Positions 29,395 through 38,271 of a stretch of 64,000 bases of DNA are shown here, piece after piece. The notes below the pieces were generated by a model, which was given only the letters and a program-made list of their open reading frames with translations, was not told the DNA's origin and did no database searches. The stretch's first letter is position 1, and each line of letters starts with the position of its first letter. Made by a program: the position numbers and the translations under genes. The DNA comes from Flavobacteriales bacterium (GTDB lineage Bacteria; Bacteroidota; Bacteroidia; Flavobacteriales_D; UBA2798): positions 9,800 through 73,799 of the forward strand of contig JBBIOU010000015.1 in NCBI GenBank assembly GCA_037443205.1, written 5' to 3'.

Positions 29395-32049
29395 ATGCTT
29401 AGTAAAATTGCTGTATTAAACTCGCGCGTATACGGAAAAGCAGTGGTACGCGTAGATGATTGCGACTCGCTTCAGTTAGTTGGCCCGAACAACATCGGAA
29501 AAAGTACACTGATATATGCGCTGAACTTTCTCTTTATTATTGATGGTAATAAAATGTCATTCAGCGGTCAACGCAAAGGTGATAAAGAAACTATACATCA
29601 CTACTTCCCTACTCCCAACCAAAGTTATATCGTTTTTGAAATACATAAAATACGTACTTATTGCGTATTGGTAAAACGCGATACCGATGGTGAATTAGAA
29701 TATTACCGATTTGATAGTGAATATCGCGATGATTTTTTCTTTCGGGAAGACGGATCGCAGCAACGCCTGCTAAAGTTTGATGAAGTACAGGAAAAATTGG
29801 CCGCCAGCGGTTTAGAACTAACTCAGTTCAGAAATAAATCAGAAGTATTCAGTTATGTATATCAGCGCGGTACCGATAATGACGCAATAGTATGGTTAGA
29901 AGAAAACGTTAAATCGGATGGTTTGAGTAATAATTTCTCAAAAGTTTACCGTTATCTGATTAATTCTAAATTAATTACCAATAAATCGTTAAAAGAAGCC
30001 CTCATCATTGCTGATAACAGAGAAAATGAAGTATTGAACTTTTCGCAAAAAAACAAGAAAGACATTATAGATTTATTGCGACTAAACGATGAAATAAAAG
30101 CAATTAAAGCCGTTAAAGATGATTTCTATAAATTTCGTGAAATAGTAAACGAATACAATTCACGCAATCATATATTAGCAGAACTAACCTATGCATTTGA
30201 GGAATTATACAAAAAAAATCTGCCCGAACTTGATGAACGGATACATAAATTTTCAAAAGAAATAAGTGAAACACAAAGCCAGGTTCAGGATTTTCTTCGC
30301 CCGCGTGAACAAGAAAACAACCGCAGGCTGGGACAAAAAGAATCGGAACTTACCGCACATCTCAGAGCCATCGAAAAACAACAAAAAGAAATACACGAAA
30401 TACATCAATTAGAAGGCTTTGAATTTTTAACCGAAGCGCTCGAAAATTTAGAGCGAAAACGCAAAGAAATAGAAGCACAGATTACTACTGTTGAAGCTCG
30501 TAATTACACTCCCGGACAAATCCGTTCAAGATTAGACATAATTAACGCCTCGATACGCGAAAAAGAAAACCGTATCAATAATTTTAATAATCTGCTTATT
30601 CATAAAATTTCGAATGACGAGCATACACGAAAATTATTAAACACCGTACTTTCCGAAAAAATAACCGGATTGCCTGCCGATAAAATACTCAGCAAAATAA
30701 GCAAAGCTACCCGCGACCTGAAAATATTTGACGGTGAAATAGACATCAGCGGCATTGAATTAAAAGATTTTACCACCGTTGAAGAAATGACAGCCGAGCT
30801 GGAAGAACTGAAAAAAGAAAAAGAACATTACGAAAACTTATTAAATACCATAACCGACAGCGAAACAGTTCAACAAGAATTAACGCTCATCAAACAAGAA
30901 ATTGACGATACCAAAGAAAAAATTAAAAAAATACGCTCGCTGCCCGAACTGGAACAAAACCTAAGTAAACTGCGCCTGGAATACGAAGAAACGCGCGAAG
31001 AAAAAGAAACCATCGAAGCCGAACTGAAAGACATTGCCGAAGATATACATCAAAAAGAATTACGCTTAGGCTTATTGAGAGAAGAAAAGAAAAAAGCCGA
31101 AGAAAAATTAAATGAATTGCGCGAACGCAAACAAGAAGTTGACTTTTTGAATCTGCAACCAATACCCTGCGAATTAACTGAAAGCATAGAACAAGTTTAT
31201 AATAAATTAAAAAAATATTATGGCGAACGACTGGAACTAAAATCACAAAAAGATAAAGCTTTCGATAATTTACGCTACCACCTAAAAAGCTCTATTGCCG
31301 ATGAAGACAGCTTTATTCACTATTTTGAAGAAGAAATAGCCTGCCTTGCAGATAAAGAAAAAAGTATTGACGGCCTCTTGCAAAGCATCTCTACACAATT
31401 TGCAAACCCCGCATACACACTTATTAAACGCTATGAAGAATTTAAACAATTTATTTACAATAAATTCAATCAAAAACTTGCACAAACCCGTATATCCGAT
31501 ATAGAATCTTTACAAATTGAGTTAATTGATAACAAACGAGTACTCAATGACATAAAAATGATAAGTTCTATCCAGGAACTAAACGGACAAATGATGCTCG
31601 AGTTCGACCAAAGCGAAAACCTGTCTATCTTAAATAATTATCTGGATAGTTCTAAACGCGTATATTTTGACGAATTATTTGACATTGAACTACATCTTAC
31701 ACTTAAAGGACATGTAAAAAAAGTTGACCTTGCCAATCAGGTAGAATCAGACGGAACAGACCGTATGATACGTTTGGTTATCATCATGTCTATTATTAAC
31801 CGCCTGGCCGTAAACCACGAGTTAAACCGCATAACACTCTTTATAGACGAAGTAGCAACCATAGACAAACACAATCGTCCGGAGTTGGTTAAATTTTGCC
31901 GCGAACACAACTTTATACCAATTTTTGCCGCCCCGGACCCTGTACCCGGATTTGGCAAATATTACTTTATCTATCCTTCAAAAGGAAAGATAAACATCAA
32001 CGAAAAACTAAATGCAGTTTACAGCGAACCTTTAGCCGAAACAAACTAA
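29395..32049 (+). CDS. SMC/MukB/JetC-like ABC ATPase with short coiled-coil arms
   Basis: Walker A GPNNIGKST (29482-29508). Two long heptad-rich Glu/Lys/Leu segments flank a non-coiled middle region. The C-terminal head has the signature-like ESDGTDRMIRLVIIMSIINRL (SDGT at 31747-31758) and Walker B LFIDEV (31837-31854) about 30 aa later. Confidence 0.75.
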   Translation: MLSKIAVLNSRVYGKAVVRVDDCDSLQLVGPNNIGKSTLIYALNFLFIIDGNKMSFSGQRKGDKETIHHYFPTPNQSYIVFEIHKIRTYCVLVKRDTDGELEYYRFDSEYRDDFFFREDGSQQRLLKFDEVQEKLAASGLELTQFRNKSEVFSYVYQRGTDNDAIVWLEENVKSDGLSNNFSKVYRYLINSKLITNKSLKEALIIADNRENEVLNFSQKNKKDIIDLLRLNDEIKAIKAVKDDFYKFREIVNEYNSRNHILAELTYAFEELYKKNLPELDERIHKFSKEISETQSQVQDFLRPREQENNRRLGQKESELTAHLRAIEKQQKEIHEIHQLEGFEFLTEALENLERKRKEIEAQITTVEARNYTPGQIRSRLDIINASIREKENRINNFNNLLIHKISNDEHTRKLLNTVLSEKITGLPADKILSKISKATRDLKIFDGEIDISGIELKDFTTVEEMTAELEELKKEKEHYENLLNTITDSETVQQELTLIKQEIDDTKEKIKKIRSLPELEQNLSKLRLEYEETREEKETIEAELKDIAEDIHQKELRLGLLREEKKKAEEKLNELRERKQEVDFLNLQPIPCELTESIEQVYNKLKKYYGERLELKSQKDKAFDNLRYHLKSSIADEDSFIHYFEEEIACLADKEKSIDGLLQSISTQFANPAYTLIKRYEEFKQFIYNKFNQKLAQTRISDIESLQIELIDNKRVLNDIKMISSIQELNGQMMLEFDQSENLSILNNYLDSSKRVYFDELFDIELHLTLKGHVKKVDLANQVESDGTDRMIRLVIIMSIINRLAVNHELNRITLFIDEVATIDKHNRPELVKFCREHNFIPIFAAPDPVPGFGKYYFIYPSKGKININEKLNAVYSEPLAETN

Positions 32050-32052
32050 AAC

Positions 32053-33246
32053 ATGAAAGCAGAAGCACGCACCATACTTTACTTCCTGTGGAATCACTTC
32101 GACTTGCTGAATGAGCTGTTTGAAGAACAAATGCAAAAAGGATATTTGCGCAGAGAATCGCTGGCAAATATTTTAAAAAAATACGAACATGATGTGTCGG
32201 ATAAACTACACGAATACAAAATACTTCGAAGCATAAACGAAGATTTTGAAATACGCCCTGTATTTTTTAATCTGGTTGAATTTGTACAAAACGAATTTAA
32301 ACCCGTATTGCCCGAAACCATAGAAAAATACGGATTTTCTATAACCAACTTATTTAAAAAAATAAAAGAAGGCATTAATGGCGATAAAGAAATTTTAATC
32401 AAACGTATAGAAGATGTGCTGTCGGAAGTGCGACACTTTGTTGAGTCAATAGAAAAAAATACCACCAAACTATTACAGGAAACACGCGCTTTAAAATCGA
32501 ATATAGAAAAAATAGATTATCGGGAAAAAGTACACCGCGCATCCGGGTGGATTGAGCATTACATTGTTCCTTTAAACGAGATACTCGATGTAAATCAACA
32601 TGGTTCACTAACCAACCAATTACACGAAGTAGCTTATTTTGTTAATCTTAAACGCTTAGATTTTCATGACGAGAATGTAAGAGCTCAGTTTGAAAAATTA
32701 TATTCGTTTTTAATCCAAACCAATGACGACCTGTTAAGACAATCTAAAATTCTTACCAATGAATTACTGCCGCTCATTGAACGAATTAAAACCGAGTCGC
32801 TGATACTTTCGGGGTGGATTGAATTTTTGCGCAGGCCATATCATACCGAAGTTCCCCGATTATTCAAAACATCCAGAGAAAACACCTATCAACGTAACTT
32901 CTACTTGGTAGCAAAAGAATATCTGGAGCAATTTTTAGTAGATGAGCCTGTAATGGTAGAAGAAGTTACTGCCTTTCAACAACGCTGGATTTTTAACCGC
33001 GATTTATACAAGGCCAAACTCGAAGCAAAACTTCCTATAGAAGATTTTTTTGAATGGTGTGGAAAAACAGCAAAGAAAGATTTTCATGAATTAAATCAGG
33101 AAAAATTCTTTTCGCTGGTGAGTTTAATTTTTGAAGATGATATGATTCTGGAAGCCGATAAAAATGCTCCACACACCCAACTACAATTAGAAGATGCTAT
33201 CCTACACGTACCTAAAGTAAAAATTGATAAACATGGAATATCCTAA
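32053..33246 (+). CDS. All-helical kleisin-like (MukF/MksF/JetA-like) subunit candidate
   Basis: Starts 3 nt after the ATPase stop. 397 aa, predicted helical throughout. Assigned from its position between the SMC-like ATPase and the MukE-like protein; no diagnostic motif was seen. Confidence 0.45.
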   Translation: MKAEARTILYFLWNHFDLLNELFEEQMQKGYLRRESLANILKKYEHDVSDKLHEYKILRSINEDFEIRPVFFNLVEFVQNEFKPVLPETIEKYGFSITNLFKKIKEGINGDKEILIKRIEDVLSEVRHFVESIEKNTTKLLQETRALKSNIEKIDYREKVHRASGWIEHYIVPLNEILDVNQHGSLTNQLHEVAYFVNLKRLDFHDENVRAQFEKLYSFLIQTNDDLLRQSKILTNELLPLIERIKTESLILSGWIEFLRRPYHTEVPRLFKTSRENTYQRNFYLVAKEYLEQFLVDEPVMVEEVTAFQQRWIFNRDLYKAKLEAKLPIEDFFEWCGKTAKKDFHELNQEKFFSLVSLIFEDDMILEADKNAPHTQLQLEDAILHVPKVKIDKHGIS

Positions 33247-33763
33247 ATCACACAAACACATCGTAAAAGAATTGTTAGACGGGAAATTTATGCTGCACAG
33301 CGACCCGCTCTATCAAATATTAAAAGATAACCGCGATTTTTACGAACAATTTTTTAAAGAATCGTTTAATTATGAACTCCGGTTTAACAACGATTTTGCG
33401 TTTTTATTATCAACCGAAACCAACGAAACACTTTCAAGAGATATATGTATTTTCTTTGCTTTATTAAGTTATGAAATAGACCGAGACGGGCGAAATTTTA
33501 TTGAAGAAATACAATATTCGGAATGGGATATGGAACGTATTAATCAATATTTTGACAATACTACATATATTGAATTAGTACATAGCAATAAACAACTGCG
33601 CGACCACGACTCCAGAGCTACCTTTATCAATGCCCTTAGCAGGCGAAACATCATCGAAAAAACCACCGAAGGAAGATTTATTTTTACGGCTGCATACAAA
33701 GTATTTATTGATTTTGCAGCAGAACTTGCAAAAAATAAAGTAAAAGAAGGAATGATTGATTAA
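33233..33763 (+). CDS. MukE/MksE/JetB-like (KITE-type) subunit candidate
   Basis: ATG 33233 overlaps the upstream stop by 14 nt (alternative TTG at 33224). HIVKELLDGKFMLHSDPLYQILKDNRDFYEQFFKESFNYELRFNNDFAFLLS resembles the N-terminal 'LLkG.l......w..L......i..yf..iGleL..de..gyAfL' pattern of DUF4194/MukE-like proteins. The C-terminal ...GRFIFTAAYKVFIDFAAEL resembles their C-terminal helix. Confidence 0.5.
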   Translation: MEYPKSHKHIVKELLDGKFMLHSDPLYQILKDNRDFYEQFFKESFNYELRFNNDFAFLLSTETNETLSRDICIFFALLSYEIDRDGRNFIEEIQYSEWDMERINQYFDNTTYIELVHSNKQLRDHDSRATFINALSRRNIIEKTTEGRFIFTAAYKVFIDFAAELAKNKVKEGMID

Positions 33764-33786
33764 GTGCTTAACAGTAATTATTAAGT

Positions 33787-36054
33787 TTACCATTTTATTG
33801 CAAAGCGATTAAATAATACATATCCCACATTAAATGCAAAACTAATCGGTTGCTCTTGTTCGGGGTAATAATTTAGCCATACGGCAATAGGTCCGATCGG
33901 GCTATGATATACGGCCGAACCACTGGCCACATAATAGCGCCTGCTAAGTGGTTTGCTGTAATAAGCCAGGTTGTTTTCATCCGACCGAATGTTAAACGTA
34001 GGCTGAAACACATATCCCTCTATTCTGAAATCAATATTTTTTTTGAAATGAACTATTGTTTGAATGCCGGCCGAGATGTATTGATGCGCTCTGAAGTCGG
34101 GCATAAATCTTGTTTTCATCTCCGGCAATGGCTGGTAAACAGGAGCCTCTAAAATGGTTGATGTATAGTTATTATAAAATGCTTGCGTAGAAAATACTCC
34201 TTCTGCATGAAATCCTAAACGTATAGCACCTTTTTCAACAAAATAATTTTGAAATTCTAATTTTGCCGTAATATAATTATGATATTTATCCGAAGTATCT
34301 CTTATTAATGAAGTTGAACCCGGTATGGTATATTCATGCGCATAAACATACCTTGCACCTAAAAAAAAGTATCTGCCTTGATTGGCAAACATCTTTTTAT
34401 TGAGTGAACTCCTTTCAAAATATAATCCCGGTGAATAGGCGTAAATGCGCGTTTTATCGGCAGTGTCTGTGGTACGAAATTGCTCGGTTTGATAATATTC
34501 ATGTAATATGTCAGCATACCTAAGGTTTAAAATAATCTTACTTTTATTGGTTACCGAAAAGCCGGTGTTTAAACCTGAGTATTGTTCTGTTTGTATTAAA
34601 TAGGATGGTTTAACATCTTCAAAAAAAGTTGCAAAACTTTTAAAATAGTCCCAGCGATGAATTACATATTCGGGTTCAAAATAATAAGGATTTCTGGAAG
34701 CGGGTTCAAATCTTAACGAGGCATATCCGCCCGCATAAAATTTACCAAACCACGAACGCAAAGTTAAGGTATAGGCTGCTTTATCAAGCAAGTGATATTG
34801 GACACCAATGTATCCGGTATTTACAGGTCGTGAAGAAAAGTTACCGCCAAATTCTGTACTTATTTCCTTGCCTTTTTTTACTTGTACCTGAAATTTGTAT
34901 TTTTTTGTAATACTATCAAATTCGGCTATGGGATACATAAATCCTATCTTATCATCGTTATACAATCGCATATATCTTTTTTCAATGTCAGTTAATGTAG
35001 TGTTTTTTTCTTTGCCCTTTTGTAATAATCGTCTTACATATACCTGCTGCTTAGAGTTTAAACCGCTTACTTCTATTTTATTAAAAACGAGCGGATAGAA
35101 TTTCTTTTTAAAATTTTCTCTTTTTAGTCTGATTTCTTCGGCACTGACTCTTCTATCGCCTATCAATAATTTAATTGAGTCTATCAATAAAAGCGCTTGA
35201 CGATAACCTCTCTCTATAGCTTCTTCGGCCTGATCAAAATCAAAGGTAGTCATATCGCGGGTATCGGGTTTAATAAGCACGCTATACTTACAATTTAAAG
35301 TAAAATCCTGCTGATGAACAATCATGTTTTTAATTTGTGAGAATACATTATCTTCTTCGGGCGGACGAGTATTACCGGACACATTGCTTCCAATCATAAC
35401 ATCAGGCAAAAAAGCATCATACATAACATCTGCCGGAAAATTATTATACAATCCTCCGTCAAACAAAAGTTTACCATTTATTTTAATAGGTTTTAAATAT
35501 AAAGGATAAGACATGGATGCTCTAACTGCCTGGTGCAGGTAACCGGACGAAAACACGATAGACTTTTTATCTACAATATCTGATGCCACACATCTGAAAG
35601 GCACCATCAGACTGTCGAAATTATAGTTTGCAGCCGCTGCTGCCATACTTAATCCTTTCATCATTTCAAAATCCATAAGTGCTGGCGAAACAAAATATGA
35701 GGGCAGCACAGATTGTTTTAATGAGTCTTTCTTAAATCTAAAAGTTACCCAGGAAGGAGTATTTTCAAATTGCTTGATATAATATTTATGTTTGGCATCC
35801 ATTTCGCCCTTGCTCATTTTTAAAAAAAGTTCTGACTTTACCATCGCCTCAATCTCTGCCGGACTATAGCCCGCAGCATACATGCTACCTACCAAAGCTC
35901 CGGCAGATGTACCGGTTATAAAGTCTATGGGTATTCCGTGTTCTTCAAGCGCTTTTAAAACACCTATATGTGCCATACCTGCTGCTCCGCCTCCGCTAAG
36001 TACCAGACCAACTTTTTGAGCTGACACAGGTATGCTCAACAGCAAAAAAAACAA
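33787..36054 (-). CDS. Patatin-like phospholipase fused to an Omp85/surface-antigen-type beta-barrel
   Basis: Oxyanion GLVLSGGGAAG and nucleophile GTSAG motifs, a DGG catalytic Asp region (LFDGGLYNNFP), and a long C-terminal beta-rich region ending in an aromatic residue (...FAIKW). Confidence 0.8.
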   Translation of the reverse strand: MFFLLLSIPVSAQKVGLVLSGGGAAGMAHIGVLKALEEHGIPIDFITGTSAGALVGSMYAAGYSPAEIEAMVKSELFLKMSKGEMDAKHKYYIKQFENTPSWVTFRFKKDSLKQSVLPSYFVSPALMDFEMMKGLSMAAAAANYNFDSLMVPFRCVASDIVDKKSIVFSSGYLHQAVRASMSYPLYLKPIKINGKLLFDGGLYNNFPADVMYDAFLPDVMIGSNVSGNTRPPEEDNVFSQIKNMIVHQQDFTLNCKYSVLIKPDTRDMTTFDFDQAEEAIERGYRQALLLIDSIKLLIGDRRVSAEEIRLKRENFKKKFYPLVFNKIEVSGLNSKQQVYVRRLLQKGKEKNTTLTDIEKRYMRLYNDDKIGFMYPIAEFDSITKKYKFQVQVKKGKEISTEFGGNFSSRPVNTGYIGVQYHLLDKAAYTLTLRSWFGKFYAGGYASLRFEPASRNPYYFEPEYVIHRWDYFKSFATFFEDVKPSYLIQTEQYSGLNTGFSVTNKSKIILNLRYADILHEYYQTEQFRTTDTADKTRIYAYSPGLYFERSSLNKKMFANQGRYFFLGARYVYAHEYTIPGSTSLIRDTSDKYHNYITAKLEFQNYFVEKGAIRLGFHAEGVFSTQAFYNNYTSTILEAPVYQPLPEMKTRFMPDFRAHQYISAGIQTIVHFKKNIDFRIEGYVFQPTFNIRSDENNLAYYSKPLSRRYYVASGSAVYHSPIGPIAVWLNYYPEQEQPISFAFNVGYVLFNRFAIKW

Positions 36055-36157
36055 TATATAAACAAATGATCTGATAATACTTAAATTTAATCTTTTTACA
36101 AATTTACATATAACGTTGAATGTATTTTATTTATTTTAGCGGCTAATTAGTATTTTA

Positions 36158-37561
36158 ATGATAAAAATTTGTTTACGACTTGCTTTTATTTTTATACTTC
36201 TGGCAATATTAACGTGGGTGCTGGGGTTTATTAATTCTAAAAACCAACCTAAACACATCCATTATTTACCCGATAGCAGTAAATTATTATTTGTAATAAA
36301 TACCAAATCTTTTGCTAATAATATTATGCAAATTGCTTGTTTTAATCAAAAAGATTTTCAAAGTCTCATATCAGAAGAAGCTGAGGGTGAAAATATATTG
36401 TTAAAGGAAGGAAACCCGGGCATTGATTTAAACAGTAAAGCAACTATATTAATTGATGATAAACAAATATATTTATTTGCTGATTTAAAAAACAAATTAA
36501 ATTTTGAAAAGTTTTTACAGAAAAAATCATTTGTAATTCAAAACAGAGCTCCCTATTTTTTTGCTTCAAATAATCACCAGCAAATACTTTATAACAATGA
36601 AATACTTATTTGCCAACTAAACAAGACTGACTCGGATACGGAGAAAAAAATGGCCTCATGGTTAGCACAAAAAAATACGCTATCAGAAAAAATTATTGCT
36701 GACATATATGAATCAGAAAAACAACTGGAATTATACTATTTAGAAGATAACAATCATGTATTTGATGTGGGTGTAGTTTTTGATAAAGATGCCATTACCA
36801 TAAACGCTTGTTTGACATATACCGGTAATATAAACAATGAAATAATATGCACAGGGGATATTTCGTTTTTTGAAAAAAATAATTTTGCCATCTATTCCTC
36901 TCAAGGTTTATTATCAGTAAAAATAGAGGAACTGCTGCCAAAGGAAGTCAGTAGCATATACATTTTAAAAAAATTATTCCAAACACATAATAAACAATCA
37001 GTATATGCTTACGCAAATGATGTAGTTTCAAGCCATATATATCTTACTAAAAGTGATAAAACTGTTTCTGATTACAAAAAACTTCCATTTTACATGCCTG
37101 TTTTGCGGCTGGCATATTCCATAGATTCAAAAGAATTAATAATGCAAGATTTAAACGCTTATTTAAACGACACTGTGCTTATAAAACACGCAAACTACTA
37201 TCAACTCATGCTGCCGGGCGATTATTCATTGTATTTTAAAATATTTGATAAACATCTGGCTATTTCGGTTGATACAAATTTTATAACTCAAATACCACGC
37301 CCCGAAGAAACAGGCTTCAGCTACTTTTACTATTCCAGTTTAGAAAATTACACCAATGCAATTCCCACATTTTCTCCGGATGGTTTTATGATAAAAAGTT
37401 TTTTAGAGATGAAATCAACCATCAATCGCATCTATATTTACGCTACACACCGCGACAACAATAAAATATATTTTACCGGAAAAATATTTATAGGAGACGA
37501 GCAATATCATAGCCTGATAGAAACCATTAAAATACTGCAAAGTAATTTATCGCTACTTTAG
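36158..37561 (+). CDS. Hypothetical membrane-anchored protein
   Basis: N-terminal TM helix (LAFIFILLAILTWVLGF). No motif recognised. Confidence 0.5.
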   Translation: MIKICLRLAFIFILLAILTWVLGFINSKNQPKHIHYLPDSSKLLFVINTKSFANNIMQIACFNQKDFQSLISEEAEGENILLKEGNPGIDLNSKATILIDDKQIYLFADLKNKLNFEKFLQKKSFVIQNRAPYFFASNNHQQILYNNEILICQLNKTDSDTEKKMASWLAQKNTLSEKIIADIYESEKQLELYYLEDNNHVFDVGVVFDKDAITINACLTYTGNINNEIICTGDISFFEKNNFAIYSSQGLLSVKIEELLPKEVSSIYILKKLFQTHNKQSVYAYANDVVSSHIYLTKSDKTVSDYKKLPFYMPVLRLAYSIDSKELIMQDLNAYLNDTVLIKHANYYQLMLPGDYSLYFKIFDKHLAISVDTNFITQIPRPEETGFSYFYYSSLENYTNAIPTFSPDGFMIKSFLEMKSTINRIYIYATHRDNNKIYFTGKIFIGDEQYHSLIETIKILQSNLSLL

Positions 37562-38271
37562 AAAATAATCAGATAGTCTTTTAGTAATGATTTATAGTTT
37601 GGGGTATAATTTCCATTTGTATCTCTGATAATTATTTGTTGTTTTACCGGTTCATGCTCACTAAATGCAAATTGCAATACAGCCCTGGAAGGAGTTGTAT
37701 TGGGTTTAGAAAATATTTCAACTTTCCTGATAAGGTTCAATTGATTAGTTTTTGCAAAATGCACAAAGTCATTTACACGTGTTTGCGGAACAATAATACT
37801 AACCATGCCAGTATCGGTAAGCAATCGGGCTACGCAATTAAAAAATATTTCTGCCGTAAGCATATTATCATGTTTAGCTATTGCCCGATTTATATTTTCG
37901 GGTTTTAAAGAATTTTTAAAAAAAGGTGGATTAGAAAACACACAATCATATTTAAGCGGTGCAACATAATCCTGTAAAGATGTGTGTACAGCGGCAAGTC
38001 TGTTTTTCCAGGGCGACCGGTTAAAATTATAAAGTGCCTCAGCAACACAGTTTGCATCAATGTCAATAGCCGTAATCTGTGCTTGCTCATTTTGCTGAGC
38101 CAACATAAGCGATATAACACCGCAACCCGTACCGATTTCTAATAAATATTTATGGTTATAGGTGTTTGTTAATGCGCCTAAAAGTACGGCATCGGTATTT
38201 ACTTTAAGGGCACTTAACTTATGTTGTACCGTAAATTTCTTAAAACGAAAAAAATCCGGGTTACTCATCAT
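37558..38271 (-). CDS. tRNA1(Val) (adenine37-N6)-methyltransferase-like SAM MTase
   Basis: SAM-binding LEIGTGCGVISLMLAQ and catalytic NPPFF motifs. N-terminal FKKFTVQH...LKVNTDAVLLGA is typical of the YfiC/TrmN6 family. Confidence 0.7.
   Translation of the reverse strand: MMSNPDFFRFKKFTVQHKLSALKVNTDAVLLGALTNTYNHKYLLEIGTGCGVISLMLAQQNEQAQITAIDIDANCVAEALYNFNRSPWKNRLAAVHTSLQDYVAPLKYDCVFSNPPFFKNSLKPENINRAIAKHDNMLTAEIFFNCVARLLTDTGMVSIIVPQTRVNDFVHFAKTNQLNLIRKVEIFSKPNTTPSRAVLQFAFSEHEPVKQQIIIRDTNGNYTPNYKSLLKDYLIIF

Noticed and set aside
33787-36054. Patatin-like phospholipase as the missing effector of the SMC-like system
   Set aside because: It is convergently transcribed from its own strand, carries an export signal and an outer-membrane beta-barrel, and has an architecture common as a stand-alone envelope protein in Bacteroidota. 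There is no sequence-level link to the operon. I cannot fully exclude it without co-occurrence analysis.
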